A stretch of DNA of 64,000 nucleotides from the human T2T-CHM13v2.0 reference genome, Homo sapiens. The notes under the pieces were generated by a model that was not told the origin of the DNA, did no database searches, and saw nothing but the letters and a program-made list of their open reading frames with translations. How positions within the stretch are numbered: the stretch's first letter is position 1; the number at the start of each line of letters is the position of its first letter. Positions 14,561-27,384 of this stretch are shown here, in pieces. The stretch lies in NCBI RefSeq assembly GCF_009914755.1, contig NC_060927.1, one strand, 5' to 3'. The position numbers were made by a program, and so were the translations under genes.

Positions 14561-15864
14561 ATCTAGGTTTTTTTTTTTTTTTACCTCTGCGTCTAAGTTG
14601 CCTGCCTAAATCGCCTTCAGTCCATTGAAATCCATCCAATCAATATTTACTGAGCATCATCTGTATTTCAAATATTGTAGTGGGCATTGGGGGTATGAAA
14701 TTGCAAAAGAGAGAATCATCAGTATTTGGGAAACTCACTGTTTGAATGAGATAGAAAGCCAAACAGATAAATGGGAATTATTTTAAGTGCCATAATGGGT
14801 CTATGCACTGTCTTTGGAGATTGGATGGACAGGGTAGCAAAAGATTGAGGAGCTAATTTTGCTGCTGTTTATCTAAGCATGTCAGGGTCCTGTCTTTTCA
14901 CGTAGATTATGAGTGTCTTGGCATGTCTTTTGTCTCTCTGCATCCCCCGAGGCTCCTTGCACAGTCCTCACACTCCACTGGCGTTCTGTTAATATTTGTT
15001 TATGATGATACTGGTGATTTTTTCTCTCTGACATCCAGAACACTGGAGAGATTTTCTGTTGGCCCTTGGGTATAACAGATTTTTATTTATACATTTGAAT
15101 TAGCCTTTTAGAAATCATTCTTAAGTAAAATAGATATCTTTTTAGTGAGAGAGTTTCTAAATACGAACTTATTCAAAACAGTAATGATATTCTATTTTAG
15201 CCAGCTAATACTCAACTACGATTTGCAATTTAGAGAGTTGTGCTTGTATAGATTGTCCCTTTCTGAAGTGAGTGAATTGTAACTTTAAATAAGGGCTGTT
15301 AACACATCAAAATAGTTTTTAATCAGCCTCAAAAATTCCCCTTATTTCCAAGTATCTTATTTTTACTATTTCATTGATGTTTCAAGTGGAATCAAATATT
15401 CCAACTGTTTTCCACTGGAAGAAGATGAATTTCAGGTACAATTCAGTAGCAAAGAACACCCATGTTTTCAAAATAATGGAGAAATTTTTTTCTCATATGA
15501 AGTTATGATTAAATTTGTGAATTGCACAAGCTTGGAATTCTGCTGCAGGATGCCTACATTCTGTATTGCTTTATTTTGGTCATATATTACAAATGGAATA
15601 TTTCCCAGCTCATTTATATACAGTTCCTGGTTGCTGAAATTTTACTGGCAAGCTTTGTGAACTAATTTTACTTCTCAAAGATACTAGGAATAAAGTGAAA
15701 ATAGGGTCTTTTCTCTCATAGGTCTAAAAGATACTTCTTTCCTTTAACCATTACATTCTGGAGGTGTAATTAATCCAACCCTGCTGTAGATAGGATCTCA
15801 TTATAAAGATTCTAGGTAAACAGTCTTTCTAGCAGAAATGATCTTTTTGGTTCAGTCTTGCAGC

Positions 15865-15964
15865 ATTTCCTAAAATTGCTAGTGTACGTAGTAAATAGGG
15901 AGGTAAGTGGGGAAATTTCCTAAAAATGCCAGTGTACAGAGTGAATTGTTAGGTAAATGAGAAA
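15865..15964. repeat. Old tandem duplication, 2 x 50 bp
   Basis: Units 15865-15914 and 15915-15964 both begin ATTTCCTAAAA and match at 39 of 50 positions without gaps. Confidence 0.85.
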
Positions 15965-17239
15965 ATCAGGCTTGATTTACCAACCACCCCATGTGCACAT
16001 ACAAACAAACACACACTCACACCAAAGCCAGGAACCCTGCAACAAAGTTCTATTTACCCTGAGGAGATATAAAACTTTGTGACTGCCACTAAATTATTTT
16101 TTTGAAAAATAATACAGAAATTTGTAAGCAGACACAACAGCTCTAGTTTATCCACCAAATAACAATATAAATGGGACAAGCAAAGAGAAACTGTAATTTG
16201 AAGATTTTTGAGTGTGATACTTATAAAAGTGTGTGTGTTTGTGTGTAGAAATGTATTGAATTTGAGAGTAATTTATGGAAAGTGCTGTCAGCATGGTATT
16301 TCAAATGCTTCACAATTTGAATTTAAACTAGTCAATGGGATCATTAAGATTATTATGCATGTTTTCCAAAGAGTTTGAATTCAAATGACAACTTAAAAGA
16401 AAAAAAAAAAGATGTCCTTGAAAAACTAAGGAATGTTAGTGCACTTATAGAAATTCTTGCAGTTTGGAGTAATTTGCCACCTCCCCTTCTGAAAAAGTAC
16501 CTGATGATAGTGTGCTTGAGAGATAGGGGTATTGCAGACATATTCCTTAGGTGAGTAAAACTGAATTGTAAAGTGGATGCTATGGACCATGGATTATTTC
16601 ATTTAGTACGATTGACAGTAGAAAATCAGGAAGGGACGTGCATCAGTGCGAGGCTGACACACAGATCTGAGGATGGCAGAAGCTCACTGAATAGCACACG
16701 CAAGGACGCTTCAAACTCATCACATGTGCCGTTTGGTTCCCTTTCAATGGGTCGGTCTTGGAATATGGAGGTCTGCTTTCATTTTGTGCCAAGTAACCAC
16801 GTGAGCAGTTTACAAAAGATACAAACAGAAGGCTGCTCATTCATTTTTCAAAAAGACTTTTTTTTTTTTGCAATGGAGTTTGCAAAGTGATTTTGCAATG
16901 GATTTTGCAAAAAAAATGGATGCCATTTTTTTTAAATAAGTGTAATTCCAATGATGGGAAATTTACTAGCTCTCAAGGCAGCTTTTCCTTGTGTTGAAAT
17001 CTCTAAAGGTTAAAAAGTTACTTTTTGGAAAGAAGTCTATTTCCTTACAACATGTTTTCATTGGTCCATAGAGAAGACAGCTAATACATCTTCCACTTGG
17101 CAGCCTTTTAAGTATTTGAAGAAAATTCTCAAGTCCATCTGAATCTTCTGTTTTGGCTAACTTCTAGTTCCTTCATCCATTTCCAACCTAAATTTGAGCC
17201 TAACGAACAGATTTCTTCTTTCTTATTTAAATATATATA

Positions 17240-17345
17240 TATATGAGGAAATAAAGGCACAGAGGGCTTAAGGGAGTTGCCCAAGAACATAGAGCTGGTT
17301 GGATGACTGGAATGTAAGGCTGTGTGGCTCTAAACCTTGTCATTT
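17240..17345 (-). mobile_element. MIR fragment
   Basis: ATGAGGAAATAAAGGCACAGAGGGCTTAAGGGAGTTGCCCAAGAACATAGAGCTGG. Confidence 0.7.
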
Positions 17346-17417
17346 AGACTAGAGCACCTATACGTCAGTTAGCTTCCTGCCACTTCTTGTTTTCTGCCTG
17401 GATAGGACTTTATAAAG

Positions 17418-17480
17418 AGTTTGGAAGAAGGGAGAGTTCCGACGAGGTACAGAAATCAGAACTTCCCCTTCTTCCAAACT
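17418..17480. repeat. Inverted repeat / pre-miRNA-sized hairpin (22-bp arms, 19-nt spacer)
   Basis: AGTTTGGAAGAAGGGAGAGTTC (17418-17439) versus GAACTTCCCCTTCTTCCAAACT (17459-17480): 20 Watson-Crick pairs, 1 G-U, 1 mismatch on the + strand. Confidence 0.9.
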
Positions 17481-18666
17481 ATATACAAATAATCAGTTAA
17501 TCAGATTAAAGGACTCTTAGTAACATTGAAATCAAACCTTTGTGTTTCCAGGAGCTCTGAGAACAACAATTTTTTTGGAGCATTGCAATCTCTTGAGTAT
17601 CCAAAATGATTCTGTAATGATGTCTGTGAGGTCAGAATTGGAGCAGCAAATGGAATTCCTTTAAGGGCTTCCCATCAATGGACAGCTGATTCCAGAAATG
17701 GAGGAGGCACAGTTTGTATCCAAATTCATAAGCACAAGTGGGAGAAATTAGGCTTTGGTAAAGAGGGTGACATTCCCAAAGGAATCATCTGTGAAGTTGG
17801 GGAAGGAATTCAAGCTCAGGGCTGCTGTTCTCTACCAGGTTCTTCAGCCAGCTGGACATGCTCCCCAGGTTTCTACTCAGTCTGGAATGTTAGTAAAAGT
17901 CCACTTCCTCTCCTTGTTTCTCCCTTCTAGTGAAAACGTTCCTCTTCTCTACCTTCCTGACCTCAAGACCATTGTTCCACACATCCCCCCTCAGGATCCC
18001 ACCCCGCCATTCTCATTCTCATTACATTGTTTCTGGATCCATGTCTTTATCAGATGCAGCCCACTGTCCCTTTCAGAAGATGCCAGAAAATTTACATATG
18101 TGATCAAATGTTCCCATCACAACAGTTCTTTCCAGTAATCCCAGTGCTGGGCAGCTGATTCCAGTAATGGAGGAGACACTTTCAGCTATTAGGCAATGGA
18201 TCACACTTTCAAAGGAGATTGAGCAATCTCCTCATCAAGTTGTACTTAGAGCACAAATCTGGTGCCAAAAGGCACTACCGGATTCAGACTGACAGCACTG
18301 AGAGTTTTGAGTGAAAGGGAAGTTAGACTGGTGTTATGTGTATTCACTGGGAGGAACTCACCGGGAGAAATAAAGAGGGTTTCCAGTTTATTCATTGTGT
18401 AAAGCGGCTATAATAGTATTTATAGGGGTTTTGTGAATGTCAAATAAAATTATATTTGGAACAGTGGCTAGTGCCATAAGTAGGACTTAACCTTTAGCAA
18501 TATGTACTACATTAAAAGGAAGGTGGACACATGAGTGATCTCTAGCATTTTGTGACTGGAAGGAAAGAGACTGGATGACCACTCTTCAGAGATGCTATGG
18601 ACAGTACTTTTGTCAAGGACTGGGAGTGGAGAAAATGACTTATAGTGGTCTTTCCAACATGAAGTT

Positions 18667-19301
<635 letters not shown>

Positions 19302-19589
19302 CACATGAAACACAGAAAAAGGACATCTTTTTACATGGATCTTCTGATATGCTTGTACCAAAGCCCACAGTATATCCTGTCTTCTTGAAAGAGTATCATA
19401 GTTATTCATTTGCCTTGGATGGAAATAATGTTGTAATACCAGTTAATACTTTTTTCAACTAAAGGGAATTTGGCTTCATCTCCAGTTGCAAATTCACATC
19501 AGGAAATATCAAATCCAAAGATCAAAACTCAGTATCTCATCACTTTCAGGACCATCCTTGCCACTTGTCTCAGGCATCATGTACCTGGA

Positions 19590-19840
19590 AGCTGAAAAGC
19601 AATGTACAGAACCTTTGAATTGGAGAGATATCAATTTGAACCCAGATCCTGCTACTTCCTACATTGTGAAAGGGATCAAGTTTCTTTAGTTCTCTAAAGC
19701 AAAGGTTTTTCATCTATAAAAGGAGGTTAATAAAAGGGAATACTTATCATGTTGAATTAATGGGAATATTAAATGAGTTTATGTGGTTTAATTGCCTAGC
19801 ACAGTATCTGCCTCCTAAGATATGTTTAATAAATGCTAAC
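19590..19840 (+). mobile_element. MIR, near full length
   Basis: TTTGAACCCAGATCCTGCTACTTCC...TTTCATCTATAAAAGG...TATTAAATGAGTTTATG...TAGCACAGTATCTG...AATAAATGCTAACT. Confidence 0.75.
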
Positions 19841-20545
19841 TGTGACTATAGAGATTTACCCTGAAGATACCTGTCATGTCATGCCTTCTCTGTCAAATAG
19901 ATCATGAATGCAGTTCCTAGCCTCTCTCTCCTGTTATACCCTCCTAGCAATATTCTGATGCAGATGAACCCAGCCACTTGTCTTTTGCTTGCCAGAACAG
20001 CTGAATGTTGCTGGGAAAAAAAAAAACAAAACACAGCCGGGCATAATCATATCATTATAAGTTGTGACCAGCCTTGACCTGCGCCTTGACCCCACCCACA
20101 GCCTACATTCTTACACCCTGCTCTCAACTGTTTCAGACATTCTCTACTGTGACTTCTATCTCCCTTCCCCACTCCTTCCTTCTCAAGGGATGCCCTGGCC
20201 TCATTCTTCATAGTGAAAATGAAAGCTGCCAGAAGAAACTCTTTCAGCTTCTGCTCTCAAATCTGTGCCCACCCTTTCTGTCCCTTAGTGCCTATCAGAT
20301 TATCAGTTGCCAATTGGTCTCCATGTATCTCTGGTCCCTTTTTCCCCTGTCTTCTGAGTGCCCTGGCTCCATGGATCATCCATTCTTTATCCTACCCAAT
20401 GGGATTCTTCTCGTCAACATCCATTTGTGCCCCAGCTTGGCCCATATTTTCCCTCCATTGACTCCACAGCTCTCTGTAGCTATTGCTTTATCCCTTCCTT
20501 CACAGCCAAACTCTGGAAAGTTGGATATTAGAAATGCTGTCTCCA

Positions 20546-21009
20546 CACTATTCACAATAGGAAAGACATGGAATCAACTTAAATGCCCATCAGCGACAGA
20601 CTGGATAAAGAAAATGTGGTACATATACCCCACAGAATACTAAGCAGCCATAAAAAAGAATGAGATCATGTATTTTGCAGGAACATGGATGGAGCTAGAG
20701 GCCATTATCCTTAGCAAAGTAATGCAGGAATAGAAAAACTAATGCTGCTTGTTCTCATTTATAAGTGAGAGCTGAATGATGAGAACACGTGGACACAAAT
20801 AAGGAAACAACAAGCACTGGGATCTACTTGAGGGTGGAGGGGAGAGGAGGGAGAGGAATGAAGATAGCTGTTGGGTACTGGGCTTCATACCTGAGTGGTG
20901 AAATAATCTGTACAACAAACCCCCATGACATGAGTTTGCCTATGTGACTAAACCTTCACATATACCCCTGAACCTAAAATAAAAGTTTTTTTTAAAAAAA
21001 GAAAAAAAA
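20546..21009 (+). mobile_element. L1PA15/16-type 3' end, 5'-truncated, inserted in L2 sequence
   Basis: CTATTCACAATAGGAAAGACATGGAATCAAC...ACAACAAACCCCCATGACATGAG...AACCTAAAATAAAAG plus A tail; degenerate TSD AAATGCTGTCTCCA / AAATCCTGCCTCCA. Confidence 0.92.
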
Positions 21010-21214
21010 TCCTGCCTCCATTTTTCTATCAAGTATTCTGCCTACTACCAGGCCCCTATCCCTTCATAGACTAGCTGAGGACATCAGGGACTTCCATGTT
21101 GCCAAAACCGTGAGTCTAATCAGTGTTTACCTAACTTGATATCTCAGTAAAGGGTGATCATTCATTCTTACAAAACTGTCCCTCCCAACTTCCTTGGCAC
21201 CCCAGCCTCCCGAT

Positions 21215-22064
21215 TTTGTTTTTAATTTTTCAATAGGTTATTGGGGGCACAGGTGGTGTTTGGTTACATGAGTAAGTTCTTAGTGGTGATTTGTGAGATT
21301 TTCGTGCACCCATCACCCAAGCAGTATATACTGCACCATATTTGTAATCTTTTATCCCTCGTCCCCCTTCCACGCTTCCCCCCAAATCCCCAAAGTCCGT
21401 CGTATCATTCTTATGCTTTTGCGTCCTCGTGGCTTAGCTCCCACATATCAGTGAGAAAATATGATATTTGGTTTTCCATTCCTGAGTTACTTCACTTAGA
21501 ATAATAATTTCCAATTTCATCCAGGTCACTGTGAATGCCATTATTTCATTCATTTTTATGGCTGAATAGTATTCCATCATATATATATATTCCATCATAT
21601 ATATATATTCCATCATATATATATATTCCATCATATATATATATTCCATCATATATATATATTCCATCATATATATATATTCCATCATATATATATATTC
21701 CATCATATATATATTCCATCATATATATATTCCATCATATATATATATTCCATCATATATATATATTCCATCATATATATATATTCCATCATATATATAT
21801 ATTCCATCATATATATATTCCATCATATATATATATTCCATCATATATATATTCCATCATATATATATTCCATCATATATATATTCCATCATATATATAT
21901 ATTCCATCATATATATATTCCATCATATATATATATTCCATCATATATATATTCCATCATATATATATATTCCATCATATATATATATTCCATCATATAT
22001 ATATATTCCATCATATATATATATTCATCATATATATATATTCCATCATATATATATATATATT

Positions 22065-22135
<71 letters not shown>

Positions 22136-22355
22136 CCACACATCCCAGTTTCTTTATCCACTTGTTGATTGATGGGCATTTGGGTTGGTTCCATGATTTT
22201 GCAATTGCGAATTGTGCTGCTATAAACATGCTTGTGCAAGTATCTTTTTCGTATGACTTCTTTTCCTCTGGGTAGATACCCAGTAGTGGGATTGCTGGAT
22301 TAAATGGTGGTTCTACTTTTAGTTCATTAAGGAATCTCCACATTGTTTCCATAGG
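21215..22355 (-). mobile_element. L1PB-type 3' end, 5'-truncated
   Basis: TTGGTTACATGAGTAAGTTC, CCTGAGTTACTTCACTTAGAATAAT, GGGTAGATACCCAGTAGTGGGATTGCTGG; degenerate TSD CCAGCCTCCCGATTTT / CCAGCCTGCTGATTTT; minus-strand ORF 22068-22352 is ORF2 C-terminus-like. Confidence 0.93.
21571..22131. repeat. VNTR [TTCCATC(AT)n A] of mostly 16/18-bp units (about 28-30 copies), followed by (TA)n(CA)n
   Basis: Directly visible near-perfect array inside the L1PB. Confidence 0.97.
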
Positions 22356-22544
22356 ACCAGCCTGCTGATTTTCTCTTTACCTATGTCTCAGTTACCTTTG
22401 CTGTTTTGTATTCTCCCTGACTCCTAAGTTGTCCAGTCTCTCTGGGATCATTTTCTTTCTCAATTTTCTCTTTAGTCACCCTCATATCCTCCCAAGCTTT
22501 TAGATATCATCAGTATGCTGACATGTCTCAAATAGGTACCATGA

Positions 22545-23855
<1,311 letters not shown>

Positions 23856-24049
23856 AAAAGGCAATTTTAGATTTGAAATAAAATTCCTACATTAACTGAA
23901 AAATTAATTAAATATAAATTTAAAATCAAAATTAAAAACCCTTTGACAACTTTAGATCTCTCTCTCTTACACACACACGCACACACACACATACATCTAA
24001 GCTTTATTGTCTTTGCTCTACTAACAGTTCAGCTCCCTGTAATTCAGTT

Positions 24050-25190
24050 TCTATCCCCACCTCTCCACTTACACCACACTTCTGAACATCACCAGTGACC
24101 TCTTTGATGTTTAATACACTTAAGACTCTTCAGTCCTTATCATTCTTGAGCTCTTGCAGCATTTAAAGATGTTGACTCTATCTTTGTTTCATTTGACTTC
24201 TATAGCACCGTACACTCTGGGTTTTCTTCCTATCGCTGTACACAACTTTCTACCGTTTTTAATAGATTTCCTCTCTTCATTCCTCAAATTCTCCATTTTT
24301 CTTGAGTTCTGCCCTAATCTCTCTTCTTGTCTCAATCTGTACTCCTGAGTTATTTCATCTGCTTCCGTGAGTACAAATATCATCTGTGTGCTGAGAACTC
24401 TCTGGCCAAAATCTGCAGCTGGATCTCTCTGTAAGCTCCAGATATGTATCTATCATTTTAGCCTGCAGTCTTCATAGATTGGCCCATAGGCCCACAAATG
24501 CAACAGTTTCAGACAGAACCCAAGGTGTTCCCTTTTAAACCTGCTCCTCTCTGTGTTCCTTTTCCATGAATGGCATTACCTTGTTGCTCCAACCAAAGGC
24601 ACAGGAGCTGGCCTGTATCCTTCCTCTTCCTTCAGTATCCCCTCTTATCCACTTATTAACCAATTTCTGACATAATACTTTGGCTTCCTTTATATCTTCT
24701 TTCATTTATGAGACAAGTTCCTTCAGTGTTTTCTAGTGACTTTTCATTACTTGGAAGAGACAGTTCATACTCCTCACACTACCATGTAAAGAGCTCATAG
24801 CCACATGCACACACATGCACATCCACTTGTGCACACATACCTAAACACACACCCAAAACAGAGAGATTGTCTCATGCCTGTGGCTGGGTAAACACTTGTC
24901 CTTGATGGAATGTGTAGCTTTCCCATCTCCATCCCAATCACCTAGCCAAAAACTCTCCTCCTTCAGGCCTCCATTTAGACATCACTTTTCCCTCAAGTAT
25001 GTGTGATTCTTGTGCCTTATCCTCCCCATCATCCTGTAATAGCATCCTCTGCTTTTCCTCATCATAGCATTTAGAAGACTGTATTTAAATTACCTATTTG
25101 ACACATACCTCAGTAGCTATACATTTTCCCTAAGGGGAGGGTTGATGTCTTGTTTCTCATTGCATCCTGCAGTAAGCACCGAGTAAGTGT
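24050..25190 (+). mobile_element. L2 fragments
   Basis: Pyrimidine-rich with L2 blocks: ATCACCAGTGACCTC, TTCAGTCCTTATCATTCTTGA, AAACCTGCTCCTCT, CCTTCAGGCCTCCATTTAGACATCACTT. Confidence 0.65.
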
Positions 25191-25645
25191 TTCTTGACTC
25201 TGGGGCTGTACTGAGTTGAAGAAGGATGACATCACTGACTACAGAACCCTTTGTATAAGCATCAAAGGGGTAGCAGTGGGGTAAATGATCACATCCTGGC
25301 TAAATGGTTCCGATTCCTACAACCCTGCAGCACGCCCCCCCGGCTCTAAACCTTTTAGTCATTTCCTGTGAATCTTGCCAGCACTCATTTCATTTTTTGT
25401 TTTTTCCATTTTCTTCATCTTTCCCACATAGTATAGACCAGAATGAATCAAGGTCTAACTTATGCTGACTGTCCGTGTTGCATCATCAGTCTTTGGGGCC
25501 CCTTCTCAGTTTCTGTGGCTGCTCTTGTGCCTGCTGACTCCATCCCTGTAGACCTTGCTGTTCCTCCCAGTCTGTGGCCACTAACCTCAGTTATTTTTAC
25601 TGAATGTGTTACCTCATCCATAGTGAGTCTTTTGTTGTTGTTGGG

Positions 25646-25831
25646 TTTTTTTTTTTAGCAACAATGTATTTTTTAATTAAGGTATGTACATTGTTATTTT
25701 AGACATAATGCTATTGCACACTTAATAGACTACCATATAGTGTAAACATAACCTTTACTGCACTGGGAAACCAAAAAAATAAGTGTGACACACTTTATTC
25801 AATAGTCACTTTATTGCAATGTTCTGGAACC
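25646..25831 (+). mobile_element. Tigger1 3'-terminal fragment lacking the terminal inverted repeat
   Basis: TTAAGGTATGTACATTG...AGACATAATGCTATTGCACACTTAATAGACTAC...TGCACTGGGAAACCAAAAAA...TCTGGAACC matches the Tigger1 right end. Confidence 0.88.
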
Positions 25832-26269
25832 CTTTTTGTTGTTGTTGTTGTTGAACGGTTATTATAACATGTCTGATTTAGAGGAAAGTACACTGAACTG
25901 AAAATCAGGAAAGCTGGGCCCAGGGGGCTGGCCTTGAGCAGCTGACTAAGCCTGTACATTTAATTCAAAAAGAGCTACTCAGGTTATTCCCTTAATCGGT
26001 CTTATACTTTATGACAGTAAGCACTTACCTCGTTCTGTCACATGGTGTGGCCAGATTATGCATGTACTATGATTCAAAACATTCACGTAAATAAATCTTC
26101 CTAACATACAAGAATTATGTGTCTGTGGTGCTTTCCAGCTTTTGATGTGCTTGCAAACCCATTTTCTCATTTAATCCTCACAAAGTTGGAAACCAGAGTC
26201 ACTTACTTATTCATGTTTACAGGAATAATCAACATTGATGCCAATAATTTTGATTATATATTTTAAAAA

Positions 26270-27060
26270 TCTCATGAAATTGGTTTTAAAAGAATCATTT
26301 ATTAGACAAAAAGAGTGAACCTATCAACAGGCAATTCACAGAAGAGAAAATAAAAATAACAAATGAACCAATGAAATGATGTTCAAATTATTTAAAGAAA
26401 TACAGTTTAAAATATTATTTTTTCATTCTCAGACCAGCCGGCATTTATAAGTTCAATGCTTGGTATTGGCAAAAGTATGGGAAGCATGTACTCACATGGG
26501 CTTGTGATAGGAGTACAAATTAATACAACCTTTTCGAAACGAAATTTAGCACTATCTTTCAAAATTTTAGGTGTGCACTATTTTTGACCCTGCAACTCGA
26601 TTTCAGACAGTAGGCGTATTTGCATAAAGGCACAGTGGTATTCTGTTTCAGAATACACATTGCAACATTTTTATGATAGAATAAAAGGACTAGTAAAATA
26701 AAGTACAGCAACTGCATGCAATAATAACATGGAGGCTATCAGAAAAATAAGAAAAATCTATATATGCTAATTAAAGACACCTTAAAAACTATTTTAGGAA
26801 AAAACAAGGTACAAAATAGGACATAAAGGATCTGATTTGTGTTTGAAGAAAAATTTCAAACATGAGTGTTTATATGTGAATGTGTGTGTGGTGTGTGCGT
26901 GTGTGTGTGTGTACATGCTTATACAGGCATGTATAAGCAATCTGATACATGCCTGTATAAGTATTACCCAATCTTTTAGTGATTATCTCTGGAAAAGAGT
27001 TTTACTTTTCATTCTCTACCCTTCTATGACAGTTGAATTTTTGAATTTTTAAATGAATAA
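26270..27060 (+). mobile_element. L1ME-type 3' region
   Basis: AACAGGCAATTCACAGAAGAGAAAAT, TATTGGCAAAAGTATGGG, TTTTGACCCTGCAACTC. Confidence 0.7.
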
Positions 27061-27097
27061 ATGTGTGTGTGTTGTGTATTTTTAAAGTTAACATACA

Positions 27098-27384
27098 GAC
27101 TGAGCGCAGTGGCTCACGCCTGTAATCCTAGAACTTTGGGAGGCGAATCACCTGAGGTCAGGAGTTCAAGACTAGCCTGGCCAACATGGTGAAACCCTTG
27201 TCTCTACTAAAAATACAAAAATTAGTCGGGTGTGGTGGTGGGCACCTGTAATCCCAGCTACTCGGGAGGCTGAGGCAGGAGAGTCGCTTGAACCAGGAGG
27301 TGGAGGTTGCAGTGAGCCAAGATCATGCCACTGCACTCCAGCCTGGGCGACAGAGTGAGACTCCGTCTCCAAAAAAAAAAAAAA
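27098..27384 (+). mobile_element. Alu (AluSx-type) with ~10-nt deletion in the left arm
   Basis: GGGAGGCGAATCACCTGAGG lacks the CGAGGCGGG segment; degenerate TSD GTTAACATACA / GTTAGCATATA. Confidence 0.96.

Noticed and set aside
20074-20643. 189-aa ORF
   Set aside because: Runs through pyrimidine-rich L2-like sequence into an L1 ORF2 tail; chimeric chance frame
21571-22070. CRISPR-like array
   Set aside because: Head-to-tail tandem units with no unique spacers, in primate DNA with no cas genes
21434-22275. Long ORFs (246 aa and others) with repetitive Tyr/Ile/His-rich translations
   Set aside because: Reading frames through the AT-rich VNTR inside an L1; no promoter, splice or codon evidence for a gene
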